Source: Vicinamibacterales bacterium
GTDB taxonomy: Bacteria; Acidobacteriota; Vicinamibacteria; Vicinamibacterales; SCN-69-37
Assembly (NCBI GenBank): GCA_035512795.1
Contig: DATKDF010000213.1
Coordinates: 1-48,910, forward strand
DNA length: 48,910 nt
Direction of reading: 5' to 3'
Shown: positions 17,548 to 29,362 of the stretch, one piece after another
How the letters are laid out: the number at the start of each line of letters is the position of its first letter
Numbering within the stretch: the stretch's first letter is position 1
Position numbers and translations under genes: made by a program
Notes under the pieces: model-generated
What the model was told of the DNA's origin: nothing
Databases searched by the model: none
The model's input: only the letters and a program-made list of their open reading frames with translations

Positions 17548-18014
17548 CTCGGGCGGACGAGGGCGAGCGGCTCATCACCGACAACCGCAAGGCGCGCCAC
17601 GACTATCACCTGCTCGAGACGTTCGAGGCCGGCATGGCGCTGCTCGGCACCGAGGTGAAGTCGATCCGCGAGGGCCGCGTGAACCTGCGCGACAGCTACT
17701 GCAAGCTCGAGGGCGGCGAGGCGTTCATCTTCGGCGTGCACATCGGGCAGTACTCGCACAGCGGATACGCCGTCCACGATCCGGACCGGCGGCGCAAGCT
17801 GCTGCTGAACCGGACGGAACTCAACAAGCTGCACGGCAAGACGACGGAGAAGGGCCTGACCATCGTGCCGCTCAGGATGTACTTCAAGAAGGGGCGCGTG
17901 AAAGTGAGCGTGGCGCTGGCCAAGGGCAAGAAAGCGTACGACAAGCGCGAGACGATTCGGCGCCGGGAAATCGACCGCGAGACGCGGGCGGCCGTCAAGG
18001 GCCGGCAGGTATAA
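17544..18014 (+). CDS. smpB: SsrA-binding protein SmpB
   Basis: Tail of ORF 16416-18014: ITDNRKARHDYHLLETFEAGMALLGTEVKSIREGRVNL...LLLNRTELNKL. ATGA overlap with the rfbC stop. Confidence 0.95.
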   Translation: MTRADEGERLITDNRKARHDYHLLETFEAGMALLGTEVKSIREGRVNLRDSYCKLEGGEAFIFGVHIGQYSHSGYAVHDPDRRRKLLLNRTELNKLHGKTTEKGLTIVPLRMYFKKGRVKVSVALAKGKKAYDKRETIRRREIDRETRAAVKGRQV

Positions 18015-18015
18015 T
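18010..18015 (+). promoter_or_regulatory. -10 box TATAAT (consensus), 7 nt upstream of ATG 18023 (leaderless-type)
   Basis: Overlaps the smpB TAA stop; spacer tgcgcgc. Confidence 0.45.
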
Positions 18016-18022
18016 TGCGCGC

Positions 18023-18550
18023 ATGACGCGACGTGTCGTCGCGACCGGCGTGGGACTCGCGCTCGTCGCCGTCCTCACGGCTTGGGCGCTCGTCGGACCG
18101 CGCGAGGAGCGCCTCGCGCTCGATCTGGTCGCCGACCTGGCGACGGCCACGCAGGTGCCCGGGGAGTACACGGTCGAGGACCTCGAGCTCGGCGGCCGCA
18201 CGCGGCGCGCGCTCATCGTCGGCGACACGGGCCGGTTCATCTGGAAGGTCACCGTCCCCGAGCGCGCCTGGCTGCGCGTGAGTCTTGGCCAGCATCCCGA
18301 TGCCCACACGATCGAGGGCGATGGCAACCTTTTCATCGTCGGCGCCTGGGACGAGGTGATCTGGGACGAGTTGGTCACCTTCGTCGTCAATCCGTTTCAC
18401 ACACCGGAGGACCGCGGCTGGCACGACATCGCGATGGACCTGTCCAAGTATGCCGGGCGGACGATCGAGCTGCGGTTCGTGCTGCGGCAACGCGAGAGCA
18501 CGACCGGAGACCGGCCCGCCTGGGGCGATCCGCGGATCGTCGTGCGCTGA
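18023..18550 (+). CDS. Hypothetical exported or membrane-anchored protein
   Basis: 175-aa ORF. N-terminal hydrophobic anchor (VVATGVGLALVAVLTAWALV) followed by a beta-rich domain ending WHDIAMDLSKYAGRTIELRFVLR...AWGDPRIVV. Its own TATAAT box lies 7 nt upstream. Confidence 0.65.
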   Translation: MTRRVVATGVGLALVAVLTAWALVGPREERLALDLVADLATATQVPGEYTVEDLELGGRTRRALIVGDTGRFIWKVTVPERAWLRVSLGQHPDAHTIEGDGNLFIVGAWDEVIWDELVTFVVNPFHTPEDRGWHDIAMDLSKYAGRTIELRFVLRQRESTTGDRPAWGDPRIVVR

Positions 18551-18575
18551 CCCTGCCCGGATCGTGTGGACCACC

Positions 18576-19721
18576 ATGACCGACCGCCCCGTCACGCATC
18601 CGGCCGTCCCCCTGCTCGATCTCGGGCGGCAGTACCGGCCGATCCGCGCCGAGGTGCTGGCCGCCATCACGCGCGTCTGCGACAGCCAGCAGTTCATTCT
18701 GGGTGCCGAGGTCGAGGCGCTCGAACGCGAACTGGCAGCCCACATCGGCGTCGAGCACGCGGTGACCGTATCGTCGGGCACCGACGCGCTGCTCGTGGCG
18801 CTCATGGCACTCGAGGTCGGGCCCGGCGCGGAGGTCATCACGCCGACCTACTCGTTTTTCGCCACGGCCGGCTGCGTCACCCGACTCGGCGCCACGCCGG
18901 TGTTCGTCGACATCGACCCGGTCACGTTCAATGTGTCGCCCGAGGCCGTGCGGCGCGCGCTGTCGCCGCGGGCACGGGCGATCCTGCCGGTGCATCTGTT
19001 CGGACAGATGGCCGACATGGACGCCCTGACCGCCGTCGCGGCCGAAGCCGGCGTGCCCATCATCGAGGATGCCGCCCAGGCCATCGGGGCAACCTGCCGC
19101 GGGCGGGCCGCCGGCACGATCGGCCGGATCGGCTGCTTCTCGTTCTTTCCGAGCAAGAACCTCGGCGCCTTCGGTGACGGCGGTCTCTTGACGACGGGTG
19201 ACGCCGGCCTGGCGCACACGCTGCGACGCCTCCGGAATCACGGCATGGAACCGAAGTACCATCATGCGGCCGTCGGCGGCAACTTCCGGCTCGATGCGCT
19301 GCAGGCCGCCGTGCTCCGCGTCAAGCTGCCCCATCTGCCGGCCTGGACCGACGCGCGCCGGCGCAACGCCGATCGCTATCGCGCGCTCTTCACCGACGCC
19401 GGCCTGACCTCCCTCGTCGACCTGCCGGTCGAGTCGGCCGGCTGCACGCACATCTACAACCAGTTCGTGATCCGGACACCGGACCGCGACCGGCTCCGCG
19501 CATATCTGTCCGAACGCGGGATCGGCACCGAGATCTACTACCCGGTGCCCTTCCACCGCCAGCCGTGCTTCGCCCACCTCACCGGCGCGGCCGGCGCGTT
19601 TCCTGAGGCCGACCGCGCCGCCGCGACGTCGCTCGCCTTGCCGATCTTCGGTGAGCTCACGGCCGACGAAGCGCGCCACGTGGTGCAGGCCATCGCCGGG
19701 TTCCACCGCACCGGGCGATGA
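18576..19721 (+). CDS. DegT/DnrJ/EryC1/StrS-family PLP-dependent sugar aminotransferase
   Basis: MTDRPVTHPAVPLLDLGRQYRPI..., SSGTDAL, FFPSKNLGAFGDGG (PLP lysine). Start taken at the Met that begins the homologous region. Confidence 0.9.
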   Translation: MTDRPVTHPAVPLLDLGRQYRPIRAEVLAAITRVCDSQQFILGAEVEALERELAAHIGVEHAVTVSSGTDALLVALMALEVGPGAEVITPTYSFFATAGCVTRLGATPVFVDIDPVTFNVSPEAVRRALSPRARAILPVHLFGQMADMDALTAVAAEAGVPIIEDAAQAIGATCRGRAAGTIGRIGCFSFFPSKNLGAFGDGGLLTTGDAGLAHTLRRLRNHGMEPKYHHAAVGGNFRLDALQAAVLRVKLPHLPAWTDARRRNADRYRALFTDAGLTSLVDLPVESAGCTHIYNQFVIRTPDRDRLRAYLSERGIGTEIYYPVPFHRQPCFAHLTGAAGAFPEADRAAATSLALPIFGELTADEARHVVQAIAGFHRTGR

Positions 19722-20566
19722 AACGGCTGACGCTCGTCCTTGGCGCCGGCGGACAACTGGGCGAGACGATGATCTCGCAACTGGGCCGGCGCGACGAGAT
19801 CGTGGCCCGCACCCGCAGCGAACTCGACGTGTCGGCGCCGGAGGCCGTCCGGGCCACGATTACCTCGGTGTGTCCGGACGTCATCATCAACTGCGCGGCC
19901 TACACGAGCGTCGACGGCGCCGAAGAAGCCCCGGTGGCGGCGCTCGCGGCCAACGCCCTCGCCGTGGGTACGCTGGCGCGGGCCGCCGCGGAGATCGACG
20001 CCGTCCTCGTCCACTTCAGCACGGACTTCGTCTTCGACGGGGAGACCGACCGGCCGTACACCGAGACCGACGATCCGAACCCGCGAGGCACCTACGCGGC
20101 CAGCAAGCTGCTGGGCGAGTGGCTGGCCGCCGACGCGCCACGGCACTACGTCCTGCGCGTCGAGAGCCTGTTCGGCGGCCCGCGCGCGCGGAGCAGCGTG
20201 GACCAGATCGGCGACGGGCTGCGCGCCGGCGCCGACGTCCGGACGTTCGTCGACCGCACGGTGTCGCCGAGTTACGTCGACGACGTCGTGACCGCCACCG
20301 AAGCGCTGCTCGACCGCCGCGCGCCGTACGGGGTCTACCACTGCGTCAACACCGGCTGGACGACGTGGACGGGCCTCGCCCGGGAACTGGCCCGCCTCAT
20401 CGGCGCCGACCCGTCGCACATCGTCGAAGTGAAGATGGCCGACGCCTCCCTGATCGCGCCGCGGCCGAAGTTCGCGGCCCTCGACAACGGCAAGCTCGCG
20501 GCCGCGGGCGTGGTCATGCCGACCTGGCAGGATGCGTTGCGCCGATATGTCGAGGGACGGCACTGA
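19718..20566 (+). CDS. rfbD: dTDP-4-dehydrorhamnose reductase family (RmlD)
   Basis: GAGGQLG, INCAAYTSVDGAE, HFSTDFVFDG, YAASKLLGE. ATGA overlap with the aminotransferase stop. Confidence 0.9.
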   Translation: MKRLTLVLGAGGQLGETMISQLGRRDEIVARTRSELDVSAPEAVRATITSVCPDVIINCAAYTSVDGAEEAPVAALAANALAVGTLARAAAEIDAVLVHFSTDFVFDGETDRPYTETDDPNPRGTYAASKLLGEWLAADAPRHYVLRVESLFGGPRARSSVDQIGDGLRAGADVRTFVDRTVSPSYVDDVVTATEALLDRRAPYGVYHCVNTGWTTWTGLARELARLIGADPSHIVEVKMADASLIAPRPKFAALDNGKLAAAGVVMPTWQDALRRYVEGRH

Positions 20567-20571
20567 CGCGA

Positions 20572-23567
<2,996 letters not shown>

Positions 23568-23569
23568 GG

Positions 23570-24571
23570 TCAGAGGTGGATGGCCACCCAGTCGGCCACG
23601 ATCTTGGGGCTGGCGTTGCGGTCGAGGGCACGACGCGCCGAGCCGATGGACTCGAATGCGGCGTCGATGCGGTCGGCCGGAAACGCCGCCGCGACGTCCC
23701 GAAGCGCGTCCTCGAGGTCGAGGTTGGCGAGCGGGACGGGTGACGAGGCGGCCATCACGCCGAGATCGCGCGTGAGCGAGGCGAGCGCCGCGAGGCGCGC
23801 GCCGAGCGCCTCGCGATCGCGGCGCTTCGATCCGTGCTGTGCGAGCGCCGTGGACGCCTTGAGCCGCGGCCCGACCGACGCCTGCCGGGCCGCGCGCAGG
23901 ACGGCGAGCGCCGCCTCGCGATCGCCGGCTGCCGCATCGTCTTCCTGCGCGAGCGCGCCCTGCACGGAGCCGCCGGAGGCAGCCGCGAGCGACCGGGCGC
24001 GCGCGGCCGGCATCGCGAGCCGATCGATGAGCACGGCCGCGACGTCGGTTTCCGACAGCGGTCCGAACCGCAGCCGCCGGCAGCGCGACTGGATGGTCGG
24101 CAGGAGCGTGTCGGGTGACGAGGCAATCAGGATGAGGACGACCGACGGCGGCGGTTCCTCGAGCGTCTTCAGGAGCGCGTCCTGTGCCTCGGTCGTCAGG
24201 TCGTCGGCCGGGTCGATGATGAACACGCGCCGCGCGCCCTCGAACGGGCGGTAGCCGACGAGATCCAGCACGCGTTCGCGCAGCGCCTTGATCTTGATCG
24301 AGGCCTCGTCGCCCCGGTCGAGCAGCACGACGTCGGAGTGGGTGCCGTGGCTGATGCGCTGGCAGGTCGGGCACCGGCCGCAGGCGTCGCCGTCCGTGCG
24401 GCTCGGGCAATTGAGCGCCTGCGCGAGCGCAACGGCCACAGCCCGCTTGCCGACGCCGTCCGGGCCGGCAAAGAGCAGGCTCTGCGGCACGCGGCCCTTG
24501 GCGACGGCCTGCCGCAGGAGGTTGCGCACGTGGCCGTGGCCGATGACGTCGGCGAGGGGCATCGCGGTCAT
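23570..24571 (-). CDS. holB: DNA polymerase III subunit delta prime
   Basis: LLFAGPDGVGKRAVAVALAQALNC, CGRCPTCQRI zinc module, LLKTLEEPP. The second ATG (24562, MPLADVIGH) is favoured by a TACGAT box 7 nt upstream. Confidence 0.9.
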   Translation of the reverse strand: MTAMPLADVIGHGHVRNLLRQAVAKGRVPQSLLFAGPDGVGKRAVAVALAQALNCPSRTDGDACGRCPTCQRISHGTHSDVVLLDRGDEASIKIKALRERVLDLVGYRPFEGARRVFIIDPADDLTTEAQDALLKTLEEPPPSVVLILIASSPDTLLPTIQSRCRRLRFGPLSETDVAAVLIDRLAMPAARARSLAAASGGSVQGALAQEDDAAAGDREAALAVLRAARQASVGPRLKASTALAQHGSKRRDREALGARLAALASLTRDLGVMAASSPVPLANLDLEDALRDVAAAFPADRIDAAFESIGSARRALDRNASPKIVADWVAIHL

Positions 24572-24575
24572 CGTA
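24570..24575 (-). promoter_or_regulatory. -10 box TACGAT, 7 nt upstream of the second holB ATG (24562)
   Basis: Minus strand reads ctacgatgaccgcgatg. The box includes the first ATG, arguing that the second ATG is the real leaderless start. Confidence 0.35.
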
Positions 24576-24605
24576 GCAAACGCGGCGCCCCGACCCCGCG
24601 CCCGT

Positions 24606-24635
24606 TTGCGCGCCAGCCGGGGTCGATGCCATAAT
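24606..24635 (+). promoter_or_regulatory. Sigma70-type promoter for the tRNA-Val/tRNA-Asp unit (-35 TTGCGC, 18-nt spacer, -10 CATAAT)
   Basis: The -10 ends 16 nt before the mature tRNA-Val 5' end. Confidence 0.45.
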
Positions 24636-24651
24636 CGCGTGTTGCCGGTCG

Positions 24652-24726
24652 GGGCGGTTAGCTCAGTGGTAGAGCACCGGCCTTACACGCCGGCTGTCAC
24701 AGGTTCGAATCCTGTACCGCCCACCA
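24652..24726 (+). tRNA. tRNA-Val (anticodon TAC)
   Basis: Hand-folded cloverleaf: acceptor GGGCGGT/ACCGCCC, D arm GCTC-AGTGGTA-GAGC, anticodon arm CCGGC-CTTACAC-GCCGG, T arm ACAGG-TTCGAAT-CCTGT, discriminator A, encoded CCA. Confidence 0.9.
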
Positions 24727-24786
24727 GATTGGGGATACAGGACAGGATTCAGTGGATTCATTCGCTCATCCGCTCATCGGGATCGC

Positions 24787-24863
24787 GGGGTCGTAGTTCA
24801 GTTGGTTAGAACGCTGGCCTGTCACGCCAGAGGTCGCGAGTTCGAGTCTCGTCGGCCCCGCCA
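24787..24863 (+). tRNA. tRNA-Asp (anticodon GTC)
   Basis: Hand-folded cloverleaf: acceptor GGGGTCG/CGGCCCC, D arm GTTC-AGTTGGTTA-GAAC, anticodon arm CTGGC-CTGTCAC-GCCAG, T arm GCGAG-TTCGAGT-CTCGT, discriminator G, encoded CCA. Confidence 0.9.
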
Positions 24864-24909
24864 TTTATGCCGGTGTTGAAGGTCGCCTCGCGTGGCCTTC
24901 ATTCGCCAT

Positions 24910-26709
24910 TCAGGTAACGCGATCGAAACGCGGCTCGACGCCGGCGGCCGACACTCCGATGTCGAACCGGCTCACGGGCACGCCGGCCTCGGCGCAGCGC
25001 GACCGGATGCCGGCCACCAGCGCGTCGGGGGCATCGCCGACGGCGAGAATCACTTCCTGCACGTCGCGCTGGCCGACGGCGTCGGAGAGCGAGGTCAGGC
25101 CACCCAGCACGGGCAATCCCTGGACTCGCGTCCGCTGCTTCATCGGGTCGTCGTCGGCGAAGGCCACGACCGTCCGGCCGTAACGCGCGTTCCGGCGCAG
25201 TTCCTGAAGGAGCGAGACACCGGCGTCGCCGGCGCCGTAGATGAGCACCCGGATGCCACTGGCCGGCCGGGGACGAAGCATCTCCGACAGGGCGCGCAGC
25301 GAGAGACGCGACGCGGCCAGCAGTGCCGTGAAGAGGATCCAGTCGAGCACGAAGATCGCGCGCTGCCCGGCGGTGAACTGATCGGCAAACAGCAGCACGA
25401 CGATGGCACTGGCCGATCCGGCCGTGCTCGCGCCGACGAGCGCCGCCAGGTCGCGCGAGTCGGTGTACCGCCAGACGCTCCGATACGTGCCGAAAGCGCC
25501 GAGCATCAGCATCTTGGCGCCGAAGGCGATCGGCAGCGCGGCGAGAAACGCAGGGTTGTCCGGAAGGCCCGGCGTCCCGAGCGTGAACGCGTGGGCCGTG
25601 TAGAAGGCCACGAAGAAGAGCAGGGCGTTGATGCCGGCATTGGCCGCATTGCGTAGATACCCCGCACCAGGAAGCACCCGCAACCAGAGGCCCGGCGCCG
25701 GCCGATCGCTGTCCGGCGCGTAGACCGCGATCCGCGACAGGCTCACCCCGATAATGAGCACGGCAAGGCCCAGCGTGAGCAGCAGTACGAGACCGGCATA
25801 GAAGCCCATCCCGCGGGTGGCGACCGCGGCCACGCCGGACAGGGCCGCGAGGGCATACAGCGAGACGACGGCGCTCCGTTCACTGAGGCCCGCCATCACC
25901 AGCCGGTGCGACGTGTGATCGCGTCCGCCCTGCGACACGCTCCGCCCGGTCAGCACGCGCGCCGCGGTCACGAGCACCGTGTCGAAGATGGGCACGAGCA
26001 GGATCACCACCGGCACGATCAGCACCGACACCGTCGCGCGCGACGCGGGGTCGGCGCCCACGGTGCTGAGGCCGGCGACGAAGAACCCGAGAAACAGGCT
26101 GCCCGAATCGCCCATGAAGATGCGCTGCGGCACGAGGTTGTGGATGAGGAAGCCCAGGCACGCACCGACGAACACGGCCGCGGCGGCCGCGGCGGCCATC
26201 TCGCCGTCGAGGATGAACAGGGCGACCTTGACCGACCCGGCAATCGCCGCGATGCCGGCGGCCAGACCATCCATGTTGTCGAGCAGATTGAAGGCGTTGG
26301 TCAGGCCGACGATCCAGAACATCGTCACCGGAATGTCGATGACGGCAATGCCGGTGAGAGGGAACTGCAGCCCGGCGCCGGTAACCGCCGCGGCCGCCAC
26401 GACCTGCGAGGTGAGCTTGGCTGCCGGACTGGCCGGGCGCACGTCGTCGACCAGACCCACGATAGCCATGGCGATCGCACCGGCCAGGAGCACCCAGACC
26501 GTGAACGGCAATCGGTCGACCAGGCCCAGCGTCAGGGCCGTCGCCGTGACGATGGCCGGCCCGCCGAGAAGCGCCACGGGCCGGGCCGCCCACCGATCGG
26601 CCTTGGGCATCGCGATGATCCCCGTCCGCAGCGCGATGGTGCGGCAGAGCACCGTCAGCAGCGCCGACAGCAGGAACGCCGCGGCGGCCGCGAGCGCGAT
26701 CGTGGTCAT
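24910..26709 (-). CDS. WecA/MraY-family polyprenyl-phosphate HexNAc-1-phosphate transferase fused to a C-terminal 4-TM plus Rossmann (CoA_binding_3-like) module
   Basis: N-terminal half has NAFNLLDNMDGLA and MGDSGSLFLGF. C-terminal ~270 aa has extra TM segments then IRVLIYGAGDAGVSLLQEL...VVAFADDDP...LPVLGG...VQEVILA, like the N-terminus of WbaP/PglF/WbpM proteins. ATG 26709 is preferred over TTG 26712; AGGAGG lies 9 nt upstream. Confidence 0.85.
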   Translation of the reverse strand: MTTIALAAAAAFLLSALLTVLCRTIALRTGIIAMPKADRWAARPVALLGGPAIVTATALTLGLVDRLPFTVWVLLAGAIAMAIVGLVDDVRPASPAAKLTSQVVAAAAVTGAGLQFPLTGIAVIDIPVTMFWIVGLTNAFNLLDNMDGLAAGIAAIAGSVKVALFILDGEMAAAAAAAVFVGACLGFLIHNLVPQRIFMGDSGSLFLGFFVAGLSTVGADPASRATVSVLIVPVVILLVPIFDTVLVTAARVLTGRSVSQGGRDHTSHRLVMAGLSERSAVVSLYALAALSGVAAVATRGMGFYAGLVLLLTLGLAVLIIGVSLSRIAVYAPDSDRPAPGLWLRVLPGAGYLRNAANAGINALLFFVAFYTAHAFTLGTPGLPDNPAFLAALPIAFGAKMLMLGAFGTYRSVWRYTDSRDLAALVGASTAGSASAIVVLLFADQFTAGQRAIFVLDWILFTALLAASRLSLRALSEMLRPRPASGIRVLIYGAGDAGVSLLQELRRNARYGRTVVAFADDDPMKQRTRVQGLPVLGGLTSLSDAVGQRDVQEVILAVGDAPDALVAGIRSRCAEAGVPVSRFDIGVSAAGVEPRFDRVT

Positions 26710-26718
26710 CAAGCCGCG

Positions 26719-26724
26719 CCTCCT
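26719..26724 (-). promoter_or_regulatory. Shine-Dalgarno AGGAGG, 9 nt upstream of ATG 26709
   Basis: Plus strand reads cctcct. Confidence 0.6.
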
Positions 26725-26757
26725 GTCGCGCGGGTTGAGAGCCGGGGAGGCCCGTCC

Positions 26758-26786
26758 ATTATCAACACCAGGTCACCGCCGTACAA
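26758..26786 (-). promoter_or_regulatory. Sigma70-type promoter for the wecA-like gene (-35 TTGTAC, 17-nt spacer, -10 GATAAT)
   Basis: Minus strand reads TTGTACggcggtgacctggtgttGATAAT, about 45 nt upstream of ATG 26709. Confidence 0.45.
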
Positions 26787-26812
26787 CACGAAAGTGTGGA
26801 GGATTTATCGGC

Positions 26813-27973
26813 TCAGCGGCCGGCGTCGGCCAGCAGCCGCGTGTACAGCCGATCGACGTCGGCCACGAGCCGCTCGTGGCTGTAGGCCGGAACCACCCGC
26901 GCGCGGGCGCGAGCGCCGAGCTCGCCGGCCCGCGCCCGATCGTCCAGCCGGGTCGCGGCGTGACGGGCGAGCGTCGCCGCATCGCCGACGTCAGCGAGAA
27001 GTCCCGCCTCCCCCACCAGCTCCTCGACACCGCCGGCACGGGTAGCCACGACCGGCCGCCCGGCGGCCATCGCCTCGATGAGCGCCACCGGTGAACCCTC
27101 GTTCTTCGACGTGAGCATGACCACGTCCAGGTCGGCGTAAATGCGGTCGAGGTCGCTTCGCCACCCGAGGAAGTGCACCCGATCGTCGAGGCCCCGGGCA
27201 TGCGCAGCCGCGTCGAGCTCGGACCGCCGCTCGCCGTCGCCCGCGATGATGAACACGGCGCGCGGCCGGGCGGCTGCGAGGCGCGCGGCCACGTCGAGGA
27301 AGACCTCGTGCGCCTTGATGGGCACGAGCCGCGCCACGATGCCGACCGTCTCGGCCTCACCAGGGAGCCCAAGCTCACGCCGGAGTTCACCGCGCCGCTC
27401 CTCGCTTCGAACGAACGACGACAGGTCGAGCCCGAGCCGGATGACGTCGAACCGGTCCGCGCGCCCGATCCCGCGCGCGAGGATCTGCCGGCGCACCTCC
27501 TCGCTGACGGTCACGAGCCTGGTCGTCCGCCGCGCGAGCATCCGCTCGATCCGCACGAACGCCGCCGTCTTGAGCGGCGAGAAGTAGCCGTCGAACACGT
27601 GCCCGTGGAACGTGTGGACGACGATGGGCACCCCCGCGCGCCGGGCCGCCATCCGGCCGAGCATGCCGGCCTTGGCCGTGTGCGTGTGCACGATGTGCGG
27701 CTGGATCTGGCGCAGGAGACGCCCCAGGTCCCCGAGCGCCCGCGCGTCGCGCCAGGGCGAGATCTCGCGCCCGAGCGCCGGCACGGTGTGCACGCGGTCG
27801 AGTCGCCAGCCGTGCATGTCGAGGTAGTTGCCTTCGCCGGGCGCCTCGGCACCGACGACGAGGTGGCTCTCGTACCGGTCGGGATCCAGGTCGCGCGTGA
27901 GGAGCGTCGCATGGATGGCCGGGCCGCCGACGTTCATCCGCGCGATGATGCGGACGACGCGCGTCTTCGTCAT
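26813..27973 (-). CDS. Glycosyltransferase family 4 (GT-B)
   Basis: Coding part of ORF 26813-28876 starts at MTKTRVVRIIARMNVGGPAIHATLL. HTHTAKAG and EGSPVALIEAMAAGRPVVATRAGG (EX7E region). ATGA overlap with the upstream stop. Confidence 0.85.
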   Translation of the reverse strand: MTKTRVVRIIARMNVGGPAIHATLLTRDLDPDRYESHLVVGAEAPGEGNYLDMHGWRLDRVHTVPALGREISPWRDARALGDLGRLLRQIQPHIVHTHTAKAGMLGRMAARRAGVPIVVHTFHGHVFDGYFSPLKTAAFVRIERMLARRTTRLVTVSEEVRRQILARGIGRADRFDVIRLGLDLSSFVRSEERRGELRRELGLPGEAETVGIVARLVPIKAHEVFLDVAARLAAARPRAVFIIAGDGERRSELDAAAHARGLDDRVHFLGWRSDLDRIYADLDVVMLTSKNEGSPVALIEAMAAGRPVVATRAGGVEELVGEAGLLADVGDAATLARHAATRLDDRARAGELGARARARVVPAYSHERLVADVDRLYTRLLADAGR

Positions 27974-28842
27974 GACGCCGAATCCGGCCGACGCCAGCCG
28001 ATGGCCATCCAGTACGGCGGCGCTTCGCTGAAACGGATGCGTTCGAGGCCCGCGTCGGCCATCAGCCGGTCGATCGCGTCGCGCGTGAACCGCTGTTCGA
28101 GCCGCGTGCCGAACCGGTCGAGCGCGTCGGTGCGCATCGTGTAGACGCTGCGGTGCCGGTAGAACGCGAGCGGGAAGGCGTGGGCGGGCAGCCCCAGCCG
28201 CTCGGCGAGCGCAGCCAGGCGCGCAAGCGGCCAGTAGACGGCCAGCGCGACCAGTTGGCTCACGACGTACCGGCCGCCGAACGGCAGCGCCGCGACCGCG
28301 CGCCGGACGAGGTCGGACGCGCGCCAGAGCGCGCGATACCAGGCGGGCCGGTTCTCGAGCGCGTAGTAGAGGTAGACGAGCATCGGCGCCCCGGGCCGCA
28401 GGCAGGAGACGGCCGCGCGGAGGCCGGCGGCCGTGTCCGGCACGTGATGGAGGACGCCGAGCGAGTAGCCGAAGTCCATCGACGAGGGCGCAAGCGGCAG
28501 GGCGTCGACCGACGCGTGGTGGAAGACGCAGTTGGGGGCGTCCGCCAGCGTCCGCCGGGCGACGCCGAGCGCCTCGGCACTGGCGTCGATGAGGTGCAGC
28601 CGCCCCACGCGGGGCGCGACGCCACGCGCCCAGCGGCCGCTGCCGCAGCCGAGGTCGAACCCTTCGGCGCCCGCCGGCAGCGCGGCCCAGTCGACGAGGT
28701 GGAAGTACTGGTCGAAGAGCGCCTGCCACTCGGCCTGTGACAGCTCCGACTGGTCGAAGCGCGACCACTCGTCGCCGAAGCCGCGGACCGTGCGGGGATC
28801 GAGATTGGGCGCGGGCGAGCCGCCGCCTGCCGACTGGCGCAT
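27970..28842 (-). CDS. Class I SAM-dependent methyltransferase
   Basis: GFDLGCGSGRWA motif I, MDFGYSLGVLHHVPD, LRPGAPMLVYLY. Confidence 0.85.
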   Translation of the reverse strand: MRQSAGGGSPAPNLDPRTVRGFGDEWSRFDQSELSQAEWQALFDQYFHLVDWAALPAGAEGFDLGCGSGRWARGVAPRVGRLHLIDASAEALGVARRTLADAPNCVFHHASVDALPLAPSSMDFGYSLGVLHHVPDTAAGLRAAVSCLRPGAPMLVYLYYALENRPAWYRALWRASDLVRRAVAALPFGGRYVVSQLVALAVYWPLARLAALAERLGLPAHAFPLAFYRHRSVYTMRTDALDRFGTRLEQRFTRDAIDRLMADAGLERIRFSEAPPYWMAIGWRRPDSAS

Positions 28843-28850
28843 CTGACGCG

Positions 28851-28856
28851 ATTATC
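28851..28856 (-). promoter_or_regulatory. -10 box GATAAT, 8 nt upstream of ATG 28842 (leaderless-type)
   Basis: Plus strand reads attatc, in the 58-bp spacer. Confidence 0.45.
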
Positions 28857-28900
28857 GCAGCACCGGCGCCGCCCACCCGGTTCGGCCACGACGGTCCCGC

Positions 28901-29362
28901 TCAGGCCAGCACGCGACGTGCCCGTCCGGTCCAGGTGTGCCGTTGGTCGGACTCGCGGCGCGCATCCCGCGCGAGCCGCCGGGCGAAATCCGGCTCGGCG
29001 ATCAGCCGCCGAATCGCCGAACACCAATCGCGTGGGTCGTCGGGGGCGCAGAGCAGACCCGTCCGGCCGTGATCGAGTACTTCGCGAATCGGCGGCAGGT
29101 CCGACGCGACGATCGCCTTGCCGTACGCCATGTACTCAACGATCTTCAGCGGCGACATCCATCGGGCGGCATCTCCCCCGCCGCTGACGCTCACGCGGTG
29201 CTGATACGGCGCCACGGCGATGTCGAAGGTCTCCATCCACGCGGCGAGGCGTCCCGGCGGCACGTGACCATGCAGCAGCAGGTTCGACGACGTCCGCCGG
29301 ACCCGCCACCGGGAGAGGTCGTGCTCGGTTCCCCCGATCACATGGAAGTCGACGTCCGGCAT
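28901..29362 (-). CDS. N-terminally truncated GT-B glycosyltransferase (C-terminal Rossmann half only; possible pseudogene)
   Basis: MPDVDFHVIGG...LLLHGHVPPGRLAAWMETFDIAVAPY...SPLKIVEYMAYGKAIVASDLPPIREVL matches only the donor-binding half of GT1/GT4 enzymes. Homology (AVRLEIITALAEA) continues upstream of the first ATG to the stop of the preceding gene at 29442. Confidence 0.5.
   Translation of the reverse strand: MPDVDFHVIGGTEHDLSRWRVRRTSSNLLLHGHVPPGRLAAWMETFDIAVAPYQHRVSVSGGGDAARWMSPLKIVEYMAYGKAIVASDLPPIREVLDHGRTGLLCAPDDPRDWCSAIRRLIAEPDFARRLARDARRESDQRHTWTGRARRVLA

Noticed and set aside
24572-24909. tRNA-Val/tRNA-Asp as the insertion site of a genomic island carrying the 24.9-39.2 kb glycan cluster.
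   Set aside because: I found no integrase, no transposase, no direct repeat of a tRNA 3' end, and no visible shift in base composition on either side. Only the truncated-looking wecA fusion next to tRNA-Asp hints at a rearrangement.
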